Shown here piece by piece: positions 8,785 to 18,700 of a stretch of 64,000 nucleotides of DNA; position 1 is the stretch's first letter; every line of letters begins with the position of its first letter. This DNA comes from Gammaproteobacteria bacterium (GTDB lineage: Bacteria > Pseudomonadota > Gammaproteobacteria > Steroidobacterales > Rariloculaceae): NCBI GenBank assembly GCA_050485545.1, contig JBJHBP010000008.1, positions 24,678 to 88,677 on the forward strand, written 5' to 3'. Made by a program: the position numbers and the translations under genes. The notes under the pieces were generated by a model. It had not been told where the DNA came from and ran no database searches. It saw only the letters and a list, made by a program, of their open reading frames with translations.

Positions 8785-10401
8785 ATGCAGTTCGACTATG
8801 TCGTCGTTGGCGCAGGCTCCGCAGGTTGCGTGCTCGCGAACCGTCTGTCCGAGGACGGGCGTCACAGTGTCTGCCTGATCGAGGCCGGCGGGCGTGATTC
8901 GCATCCGTTCATCCATGTGCCGGCGGCGGTCGGCGCGATCCTGCGCAATACCCGGGTGCAGTGGCCGTACTGGACGGCGCCGCAACGGCATCTGAACAAT
9001 CGCAAGCTGCCCACGCCACGCGGCAGGGTGCTGGGTGGCACCGGCGCGATCAACGGCATGGTCTATTACCGCGGACAGCCGGACGACTACGACGAGTGGG
9101 CCGCCATGGGTTGCGATGGCTGGAGCTTCGGCGAGCTGCTGCCCTACTTCATCCGCTCCGAGAACAATCTGGACTTCCGTGATCCCCGCTGGCACGGCAC
9201 CGACGGGCCGATGACGGTGTCGACCATCCGCAGGGTCAATCCACTCAATGCCATCTATCGCGCCGCCGCGGAGTCCACGGGTCTGCCGGCCTGTGACGAT
9301 TTCAACGTGCCACGCGCCGAAGGCGTGGGCCTGCGCCAGGGCACGATACGCGATGGCCGCAGGGTTACCAGCGCAACCGCGTTTCTGCATCCCGCGCGTG
9401 ATCGGTCGAACCTGAAGGTGGTCACCGACGCGCTCGTGCGGCGTGTGCTGATCGAAGACGGCCGCGCCACTGGCGTTGAAGTCGAGCAAGGGGATGGCTC
9501 CACACGGATCATTGGCGCCACCGCCGAAGTCGCCTTGTGCGCCGGCGCTTACGGCTCGCCGCAGCTGCTGATGCTGTCCGGAATCGGAGACGGTGCGGCC
9601 CTGTCGGCGCTGGGCATCGATGTTGTGGCGGATCGCGCCGCTGTCGGTCGCAACCTTCACGATCACATCGCGGCGCAGATCAAGATGCGTACCCGTGATA
9701 CGCGTCCCTACGGTGTCTCGCTTCGAACGCTGCACCGCGCGGTGTGGAATCTGTTCGAGTATCTGCTGTTCAGGCGGGGGCCATTGGCCAGTCATGTGTT
9801 CGAGTCGCACATCGTGCTGCGTTCGCGGCCGGAAGCACCCCGTCCTGATCTGCAGTTTCCGTTCTGGACCATGCTGCCCAACGCCAACCTGTTCCCGATA
9901 CCCTTCGGCCACGGCTACGCGATTTCCGTTGTGAACAACTGCCCTGCAAGTCGCGGCGCGGTCACACTGAGCAGCGCCGATCCGCACGAAGCGCCGGTCA
10001 TCGATCCGAATATCGGTGCGGATCCCGACGACTTCGAGCCGATCGTACGCGGCGTGCGCCTTGCGCGGCGGATCCTCGCGGCGGAAGCCTTCAGTTCGTT
10101 CCGGGCGACCGAGCTGGCGCCGGGTGGCGAGGTGCAGAGTGACGATCAGATTCGCGTCTGGCTGCGCGACGCAACGGCGACCACCTTCCATCCGGTAGGC
10201 ACCTGCCGTATGGGGGGAGACGCGGATTCCGTCGTTGATCCGCAGCTGCAGGTGCGCGGTGTGCAGGGACTGCGTGTGGCCGATGCGGCCGTCTTTCCGA
10301 AGATCATGCGCGCGAACACGAATGCGTCGGTGGTGATGGTGGCCGAAAAGGCCGCTGACCTGATGCTCGGACGCCAGCCGCCGCCTGCTGCGTCGTTGTA
10401 G
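8785..10401 (+). CDS. GMC-family FAD oxidoreductase (choline/alcohol dehydrogenase-like)
   Basis: Track ORF 8773-10401 (TTG overlaps the upstream stop; ATG at 8785). N-terminal FDYVVVGAGSAGCVLANRLSED..CLIEAGG, GGTGAINGMVYYRG, C-terminal HPVGTCRMG and VVMVAEKAADL. Confidence 0.9.
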   Translation: MQFDYVVVGAGSAGCVLANRLSEDGRHSVCLIEAGGRDSHPFIHVPAAVGAILRNTRVQWPYWTAPQRHLNNRKLPTPRGRVLGGTGAINGMVYYRGQPDDYDEWAAMGCDGWSFGELLPYFIRSENNLDFRDPRWHGTDGPMTVSTIRRVNPLNAIYRAAAESTGLPACDDFNVPRAEGVGLRQGTIRDGRRVTSATAFLHPARDRSNLKVVTDALVRRVLIEDGRATGVEVEQGDGSTRIIGATAEVALCAGAYGSPQLLMLSGIGDGAALSALGIDVVADRAAVGRNLHDHIAAQIKMRTRDTRPYGVSLRTLHRAVWNLFEYLLFRRGPLASHVFESHIVLRSRPEAPRPDLQFPFWTMLPNANLFPIPFGHGYAISVVNNCPASRGAVTLSSADPHEAPVIDPNIGADPDDFEPIVRGVRLARRILAAEAFSSFRATELAPGGEVQSDDQIRVWLRDATATTFHPVGTCRMGGDADSVVDPQLQVRGVQGLRVADAAVFPKIMRANTNASVVMVAEKAADLMLGRQPPPAASL

Positions 10402-10434
10402 ATCCGAACGCAGGCAGCTGCAGACCCGGAAACG

Positions 10435-10461
10435 AACGGCGCCGCAGTCAGCGGCGCCGTT
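10435..10461. terminator. Bidirectional rho-independent-type terminator hairpin
   Basis: AACGGCGCCGC-agtca-GCGGCGCCGTT: perfect 11-bp stem with a 5-nt loop, followed by a short, G-interrupted T-tract (GTTG). Lies between convergent genes ending at 10401 (+) and 10485 (-). Confidence 0.7.
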
Positions 10462-10484
10462 GTTGCATCAGAATCGACTTTCGG

Positions 10485-11552
10485 TCATTCCACTCGAGGA
10501 CTGCCGTCCGGGTTCAGACCGCGCTCGTAGCGTGACGTCTCGATGAAGTAACGCACGGCGGTGTTGCCTTCATGGCAGGCATATTCGAAGAACTCGTAGT
10601 CCGGATCGAGGAACATCGGATAGCTGACCACGAACTTGTCGGTCAGTACCTCGTAGTCCTCCACGGTCAGCTCGTAGTCGATCTGATCATCGGCCACGCG
10701 AGTGAACCGCTCCGTGGTCTTCATGTTGACGGTGGATGGTGTGTCACGACGCGGTGACCCCGGAATGCCCACATTTGTCATGCCAACCTGGCCGTTGTAG
10801 TTGGTGGTTTCCACGACCAGCGTCGCGCCTTCCCACCAGCCACGCGATGAGCCCATCCACTGCTTGATTTCCGAATCCAGCTGCGGTCGGCCATCGATCG
10901 GAATGACGCGTGCTTCGTGGACCATTTCCAGATTGATGACCACATAGCCCGGGCCCTGGACGATCTGGATGCCGTTGTTGTAGTTGAACGGCAGCATCGA
11001 TGAGGGCATGCCGCGCGTGATGCAGCGATCCCATGTATCGAACTCGTTAAGCGAGTCGAAGGCGCCGCCGCGGGCCTGCACGGTATCGTCGCTGAGGAAG
11101 TAAGGTACCAGCTCTTCCCCTCGCGGCGTCAGCTCCGGGAATCGCCCGTCTGGCGGGTACGAAATCAGCGATGTCAGGCGCGCAGCTTCCGTGCGTACAG
11201 TCGTTTCGGCCCAGTGACCCATGCCCATGCGGTTGGACTCGATCTCACGATGGTAGTTTTCTTCGCGGCGCTGCAGCGCCGCCTGCGCGCGCTCCCACTC
11301 CTCGTCATTCAGATAGCGCCGGTCGCCGTACTGAGGTGAACGCTGAAATGGGGTCGAGAACAGGTGCATGATGGGCCACATGCCCTGGAGGTCCGGATCG
11401 CCCCATGCAGTCACCGGGTGCGGCGACCCGTCCGGGTAGCTGAATGACGGCGCTTGCGCCTGAGTGGCCGTATTGGTGTTGTCGCTTCCCGAACACGCAA
11501 CCAGCCCCAAACTCGCGACAGCCAGACTGTGCGCAAGAAGTTGTTTCTTCAT
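10485..11552 (-). CDS. Lipoprotein of unknown function (uncharacterised family, paralogue of 4862-6235)
   Basis: Track ORF 10485-11591; ATG 11552 gives MKKQLLAHSLAVASLGLVAC-SGS, a signal peptide with lipobox. Shares WMGSSRGWWEGATLVVETTNYNG and FFEYACHEGN-type motifs with the 4862-6235 product. Confidence 0.8.
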   Translation of the reverse strand: MKKQLLAHSLAVASLGLVACSGSDNTNTATQAQAPSFSYPDGSPHPVTAWGDPDLQGMWPIMHLFSTPFQRSPQYGDRRYLNDEEWERAQAALQRREENYHREIESNRMGMGHWAETTVRTEAARLTSLISYPPDGRFPELTPRGEELVPYFLSDDTVQARGGAFDSLNEFDTWDRCITRGMPSSMLPFNYNNGIQIVQGPGYVVINLEMVHEARVIPIDGRPQLDSEIKQWMGSSRGWWEGATLVVETTNYNGQVGMTNVGIPGSPRRDTPSTVNMKTTERFTRVADDQIDYELTVEDYEVLTDKFVVSYPMFLDPDYEFFEYACHEGNTAVRYFIETSRYERGLNPDGSPRVE

Positions 11553-11835
11553 CGGACCCCTCCAGGATTGTTCTGAGCGGCAGTAAGCCAACAGATACTG
11601 GCTCCAGTATAGGCCCAGAGGCCCTCAGCGGTCGAGAAGGTGATGGCGGCCCGGATGCCTGTGCCTGTGACCGTCGTCGTTGCGGGTGCTATGATCGGGT
11701 CTCGCACCCTACATCCGAGGCCCGCACACGGAGCCGTGCACAAGGAACAACAGGGATTTCATCACAGGAAATTCAAATAGTTGCGGTGGGATGCCGCGCC
11801 GTTGGACAACATCAGACAAACAAGGGGGATCTTGT

Positions 11836-12246
11836 ATGTTTCGCATAGCAGGTCTTGTGCTTTGCAGCTTTCTCATCGCCACGAACGCCCACGCAGTGGC
11901 AGACGACAGGGATGGAGCGGTGGCAGCCGCACAGCAATGGCTGTCGCAGGTGGACTCAGGAGACATCGAGGGATCCTGGAATGCCGCCGGCGAGGCGCTG
12001 AAGGCAGCGGTGACACTGAATGAATGGCGGAACGCCGCAAACAACATCCGCTCGCCGCTGGGTGACCATGTTGCCCGCGCGTTCAATTCAGCCCGTCATA
12101 CCAACACGATCCCGGGACGCCCCAGAGCAGACTACTTCGTGGTTGTGTTCAACAGCCGCTATTCCGAGGGCGGTTCGACGAACGAGACGGTGACGGTCGT
12201 TGATGAAGACGGCACCTGGCGTGTTGTAGGCTATTACATTCACTAG
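11836..12246 (+). CDS. DUF4019-like secreted protein
   Basis: Track ORF 11791-12246; ATG 11836 follows AAGGGGGA. Signal peptide MFRIAGLVLCSFLIATNAHA. AQQWLSQVDSGDIEGSW...LNEWRN...TWRVVGYYI fits my recollection of DUF4019. Confidence 0.65.
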   Translation: MFRIAGLVLCSFLIATNAHAVADDRDGAVAAAQQWLSQVDSGDIEGSWNAAGEALKAAVTLNEWRNAANNIRSPLGDHVARAFNSARHTNTIPGRPRADYFVVVFNSRYSEGGSTNETVTVVDEDGTWRVVGYYIH

Positions 12247-12259
12247 CCATCATCGCTGG

Positions 12260-12319
12260 CCGGCGACCTTGAGTTCAGGCGGCAGCATTCATCAGCTGCC
12301 TCTGCCGAAGGGTCGCCGG
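12260..12319 (+). terminator. Compound hairpin downstream of the DUF4019 gene
   Basis: The outer stem CCGGCGACC (12260-12268) pairs with GGTCGCCGG (12311-12319). It encloses an inner GGCAGC/GCTGCC stem. Starts 14 nt after the stop codon; no U-tract. Confidence 0.35.
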
Positions 12320-12717
12320 TCGCGAACGCTCCGGGCAGTTTCTGACTCCAAGCACCCTCCAAGCACCCTCCGGGCAGCGCAATTCCGTATTGCGAAGCGA
12401 CCGTGTCGCTCCGGGTTCTGAACGCATTCTGAACCACTGTTGAACACTTCATGAACGTGCGCGCGTCCTGCGGCGCACGGGCTGTCGCGCCAATGATTGC
12501 GTAACAGTCTGTTCCACAAAGCGTTTTCCCAGCTTTCACGTTGTTGTCCATGCGCTCGCAAGACTTTGCGAGATTCCCGCCGTGGCAAGTGTGATCTGTG
12601 CCGTATTCCGTATCGGTTCGATTGTGAACTAATCCGCGCCCGCACTGTTGCCGCAACCCGGCGGCGATGCGAGCGCAACCCGTTCAGTCAGTCAATCGTG
12701 CCCAGCGGAGAACGAAC

Positions 12718-15700
12718 TTGAATAACGTCTATCGCGTAATTTGGAATGCAGCGAAGGCCACCTGGCAGGTGGTTGGGGAACTGGGAAGTCGCCGCGGCAA
12801 GGAGCGCGATCAAACGAATACGACGCGTACGACAGCGGCTTCACGCACGTTGTTGAGCGGAGCACTGATATTGGTCGGCCCGGCCGCGCTTGGCGCCGGT
12901 CTGCCCGGCGGTGGTCAGATCACTCACGGTGAGGGCAGCCTGTCCGCTTCCCACGGCGCGATGACGATCAGCCAATCCAGCGATCGCATGGCGATTTCCT
13001 GGGACAGCTTTTCGATTGGTGAGAATGCGACGGTTGAGTTCCTGCAACCAACCGCTACCGCGATCGCGCTGAATCGTGTGCTCGGTTCCGATGTATCGCA
13101 GATCCAGGGTGCGCTGAAGGCCAACGGCCGGGTGTTTCTGATCAACCCCAACGGCGTGCTGTTCAGCGAATCGGCGATGGTGGACGTCGGCGGTCTGGTG
13201 GCATCCACGCTGGACATCAGCGACGAGGACTTCGCCAGCGGCCGCTACGTGTTCGAAGGCGACAGTGCCGCAGCGGTGGTCAACCGCGGTGCGATCAACG
13301 CTGAAGGCGGGTTCGTGGCGATGATCGCGGCCAGGGTTGAGAACGTCGGCAGCATCACGGCCGACAGTGGCGCCGTTCTGATGGGTGCCGGCAGCCGCGT
13401 ACGGCTGGACCTCGGCGGCCCGGTCAAGCTCGAAGTGGAAGAGGCGGTGCTGGACGCGCTGATCGAACAGGGTGGCGCGATCCGCGCCGACGGCGGCACG
13501 ATTCTGCTGACCGCAAAGGCCGCGGGTGAGCTCACCAGCACGGTCATCAATCACACTGGCATCAGCGAAGCGCGTACGCTGACGACTGGCGAGAACGGCG
13601 AGATTCTGCTGCTCGGCGACGGCGCCGTGCAGGTGGCCGGCACGCTGGACGCGTCCGCGCCGCATGGCGGCCAGGGCGGCTTCGTTGAAACATCCGGTGC
13701 CACGGTACTGTTGTCCGGCGAAGCGCATGTGACCACGCTGTCCAGCGACGGCACGGCCGGCACATGGCTGATCGACCCGACCGATCTGTACGTACAGACC
13801 AGCTGCGTGGGCGTGACCAGCACCTGTATCGAAACCAATACGATCAACATCGCGCTGGGTTTCAACAACATGGTGTTTGAAACCTACAGCCACGATACCG
13901 GCAGCGATGCCGGCGACATCTTCATCAACAACGACCTCACCTACACCGGTACGCGCAATGCGTCGCTGCACTTTCGCGCGCATCGCGACATCAATATCGA
14001 CAGCGATGTGTCGCTGAGTGCGACGAACGCCTCGCTGACCACGATTCTTCAGTCCAACCATAACGGTCAGGGTGGTGGTCGCATCAGCATGGGTGCTGGT
14101 GCATCGATCTTCACCAACGGCGGGCATCTTGTCATGACCGGCGGCGTGGTGCCGCTGCTGACCGACGATCCGCTCGTCAGTGACCTGCAGGCCGCTCGCA
14201 GCACGGGTCATGCGCAGGGCCGCGAAGGCGCGGTGGACGGCATCAGCATCGGCGCCGGCGCGACGCTGGATACCCGCGTCGGGCAGAACGATCAAACCGG
14301 CGGCGACATCGTACTGCGTGGCCGTGCGTACTCGGCCACCGACAGTGAGGGCCGTGCGCTGTCGATCAACGGCACATCGGACTCGCGCGTCAGCGTGAAC
14401 GCCGGTTCCGGTTCGCTGGAGCTCCACAACGACGGCAACAACAACAGCTCCGCCGTGCGCATCAATCATGCCGACCTGACCGGCGGCAATGACAGCTTCG
14501 CGCTGGCTGCCCGCTCCCGCTTCGGAACGGGTCTGGAAATACATGGCAGCAGCTTCAACTTCGGTGCCGGCGGCCTTACGCTGGATGGCCGACGCGTCGG
14601 CACGGCCGGCGGCAGCGGCATGGGACTTGATCTGCGCAATGCGTCGATCGACAGTGCTGGCAGCGTGGTACTCACTGGCCAGTCTGTTGCTGGTGATGCG
14701 GTCCACATTCAGAACTCGGATGTCAGCGTCACTGGTGATGCGGCGATCACAGTGACCGGCTCGATCACGCACTCGGATGCTACCGGTAAAGGCGTCAGCC
14801 TGTCCGGCAACAGCAATGTGCTCCAGTCGGGCAGCGGCGACATTTCCGTCATCGGCAACAGCCGCCGTGACGTCGGCCTGGCAGTTGATGGATACCGGAT
14901 ACTGTCCGGTGCCGGTTCCGTGTCGCTGTGGGGTGAGCGCGCATTCAATGCGTCGGCCAATGTCAGCCACGGACTCACGCTGAGCGACGCGGAAGTGCGC
15001 ACCGGCAGCGGCAACATCACGATCGATGGCCGCACCAACCACGGCAGCCGCACCGGACTGGTGGTGTCGGCCAGCGCCGATGTTCTGTCTCAGTCCGGGA
15101 CGATCCGCCTGGAAGGCCGCAACACCGGCTCCTCGACACAGGGCGACTGGTTGAGCATGCAGCTCGACGGACGCATTGGTGCGGCACCGGATACTGCGGT
15201 GGAGGCGTCGTCGTCAGACATCATTCTGCTGGCCAATCAGTGGTCGGTGGGCAGCGAGGCTCGCGCTCAGAGTACCGGGGATCTCGTGATCGGGCGCACC
15301 AGTTCGGGTGGCGTGTCGATCGGCAACTATGCGTTGAACAACTGGCTGCGAATCCCGGTGGCGTTCCTCGAGAACCGGATTCACGGATTCGGCCGAATTT
15401 TCCTCGGTGGTTCGACGCAGCTGGGTGTTAACGCCAGCGCTTTCCGTGTGCAGGAGGCAGTCACGCTGCAGCACAACGCCGAGCTGCTGACCACGGGCAC
15501 ATTCCAGCTGGTGCAGGACCTCACCACCGCGCACGACCTCGGTATCGGTCACGCGGCAACGACCTCGGAGTCTCAGAAGTATCAGATCTTCAGTGGCCGG
15601 TCGATCACTCTCACGGCGCCATCCACGCAGACCTTCCGTCTCGGCGCCTTCAACAACCTGGACAGCTTTCAGTACAACCTGATCAGCACCGCCGGGCAGC

Positions 15701-18700
15701 TCCAGGAGATCAGCGGCGACCTCGGCGGCCTGCATGCGCTCGCCAACGACATTGACGGCATCGGCGCGCTCACGGCACTCGGCAACACCGACACGCCGTT
15801 CTCCGGCACGTTTGCCGGTCTTGGCCACACGCTGTCCGGCTACAGCATCGACGGCAACGGACAGGACAACCAGGGCCTGTTCGGCGTGATCGACAGCGCC
15901 GTCATCAGAAACCTGCGCGTGAACGGCTCGTCGGTTTCCGGCGGCGACCACGTCGGCCTGCTTGTTGGCCGTGCGATCGACAGTCAGATACTGAGCAGCC
16001 GCATCGAGGGCGGCGAAGGCAGCACCGTGAACGGCCATCTGCGGGTGGGCGGCATGATCGGTTCGGCTTCCGGCAGCGACGTCGTCAGTCAGAGTTCGGA
16101 GTGGAGCGTTACGGTAGCGAATGCCACCGTGAACATTGCCGGCAGCGCTGACAATGCGGGTGGTGGCCTGGTCGGCGCGATGGAAGGTGGCACGCTGTCG
16201 AGTGTGACAACCTCGAATACCGTCAACGCCAACGGTGAAGGCGCGTCGGACATTGGTGGCCTCGTCGGCAGGGCGAACGACGTCCACATCGGCAGTTCCA
16301 GCAGCAGCGCGACGCTGGTGACCCGTACCGGCCAGGAGCGTATCGGCGGTCTCGTGGGCCGACAGATCGGTGGCGGCATCGTCGGATCGCATGCATCCGG
16401 CGTCATTGAAACATCGATCGGTCTGGCTCATGTGGGCGGACTGGTTGGCCACAGTATCGGCGGCAGCATCAGCCAGAGCTATCGCAATGCGCTGGACGTC
16501 AGTGGCCACCAACTCGACCGTATTGGCGGTCTGGTCGGCTGGAGCGAGGGTGGCACGATCAGCGCGTCATTCCTCAATGGCCAGCTCACCGCCTCGGGTT
16601 GGGACGTGGGTGGTCTTGTCGGCTTCAATGATGGTGGCCTGATCCACAACGAGTCGCATCTGCGCGCCGGTGTGACGGTGTCGAACAGTACCAATGTCGG
16701 CGGTCTGGCCGGGATGAATACCGGAACGATTCAGGACAGCTTCGTGCAGTACGCTGTATGGAACAACATCCACTCCGGTTCAAACCCGGAACGCAGCACC
16801 CGTGACATCGCCCTGACCGTCACCGACGGCGGCTCGATGATCGGCGGTCTGGTCGGCTGGAACGCCGGCACCATCGTTCGCTCCTACGCGGACATGACGG
16901 TGAATGCAGGTGAGCTATCGACGTATGTCGGCGGGCTTGTCGGCGTCAATGCCACGGACGGCCTCATCGACAGCAGCTACTTCCTGTCGCTGGCCGAGTC
17001 GGACAACAGCACCATCGTTGGTGGTGGCCGCGGGCTTTCCGGCGGCTCCTACGTTGGTGGCCTGGCCGGATTCAACCTTGGCACGATCCGGCGCAGCTAC
17101 TCGGCAGCCTCGGTGAACGGTATCGGCTCCAACGTCGGTGGACTGGTCGGATACAACGACTCCGAAGCCGATGTCATCGCCTCTTTCTGGGACATGGGCG
17201 TGCAGGGCGCGCCGCAGACCAGCTCGGCAGGCACCGGACTTTCCACCGAGGACATGATGCGTCGACAGACATTCATCGACGCCGGCTGGAGTCTGTCCAA
17301 CATCGGCGGCGATGGCACCACCTGGCGCATCTTCGACGACAGCGACATGTATGATGCGGACGCCTACACGCCGCAGACGCGGCCGATGCTGCGCACCTTC
17401 ATGCGCTCGTATACGGTCGGGCGCAGCTGGAGCATCGAGTACGACGGCGATGATCACGGCTGGATCGACGGACCGGTCAGCGGAATCCAGCACACGAACC
17501 AGATCTACAATCCGGTCGCCAACAACCAGATCTACGGCGAGGGCGTGCTTGGCCGCATGGACGACAGCGGGTTCGAGGCACGCGATGCCGGCACGTACGC
17601 GCTGGAATTCAACGGCGCCTACTATTCGCACCAGCACGGCTACGACATCAGCTATGCGCAGAACGCGACGCAGACCATCACGCCGCGCCGGATCTACATC
17701 CAGGTGACAGGCGCCGAAGACAAGGTCTATGACGCCACCAATATTGCAACGGTAACGGTCAACGCCAGCCGCTCCAATCTGGGCGGCAGCACTTTCATCA
17801 ACGGCGATGACGTGTCATTCAACTTCAACGGCGGCGGCACGTTCGCGACCAGCAACGTGGGCAGCAACATCAACGTATCGGTCAACAGCGGCAACTTCGC
17901 GCTGACCGGCGCGGACGGTGCGAACTACACGATTCTCGGCGTGCTCGGCCATTCGACCACCGCGAATATCACGCCAGCCCAGGTCACGGCCATCGGCGGC
18001 GTGAGCGTATCCGCTCGCGAGTACGACGGCACGCGTGATGTAAGCGCATTCGACCTCTCGGATCTGACGATTACGGTCAACGGTATTGGCGCGCTGGATC
18101 CGCAGTCCGCGCTGTATCAACTGCTGGTCGGCCAGTTGCAGATTGACGGTGAAGCGCAGTACGGCAGCGCGAATGCCGGAACCTACACTCTGTCGATTGG
18201 CAGCGGTGATATCAGTCTGCTCACCAGCAACAGCCCGAATTTCGGGCTGGATCTGTCCGGCGGATTCTCGGTCGAAGGCGCGACGATCACGCCGCGTGCG
18301 CTGGTGTTCGTCGGCGGTGATTTCTCGGCCAGCAAGATCTATGACGGGACGACGGCCATCGAGGAAGAACACCTGGGTGGAGAGTTTCAGTTCGACGGTC
18401 TGGTCGGCGATGAGAGCCTCGCTTTCTCGCTGGTGGAGGGCAACTTCGGCTACGTCAACGTCGGCATCTACAACAACGTGGTGCTTGTGCTGAACGTCGA
18501 TGCGGTTGAGGGAACGACGGCTTCCAACTACCGTATCGGCAGCAGCGTGCTCGGTGAGGGCACGATAACGCTGAACGGCATGTCCGGCACCATCACGCCG
18601 CGCGAGCTGACCGTGATGCTGACCGAGAGCGGACAGTTCACGGTTGCCGATCGCGTCTATGACGGCACCACCGCCGCGCAGATCACGAACTCCAGCGGAC

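Noticed and set aside
12497-12721. 74-aa Cys/Arg-rich ORF in the tpsA leader, plus antisense ORFs 12243-12656 and 12292-12678
   Set aside because: No RBS, an implausible composition, and overlap of the likely tpsA start. I treated it as non-coding leader, but ribosome profiling could overturn this.
12841-15042. 733-aa ORF on the minus strand, and many other long ORFs of 100-660 aa antisense to called genes (e.g. 8704-10191, 24160-25896, 29146-30645, 30877-32136, 32856-34610, 44181-45980, 47383-49584, 53441-55297, 62485-63969)
   Set aside because: All lie opposite genes with strong motif-level support. Their translations are Arg/Ala/Gly/Pro-rich low-complexity strings without motifs. Stop-free antisense frames are expected in high-GC DNA.
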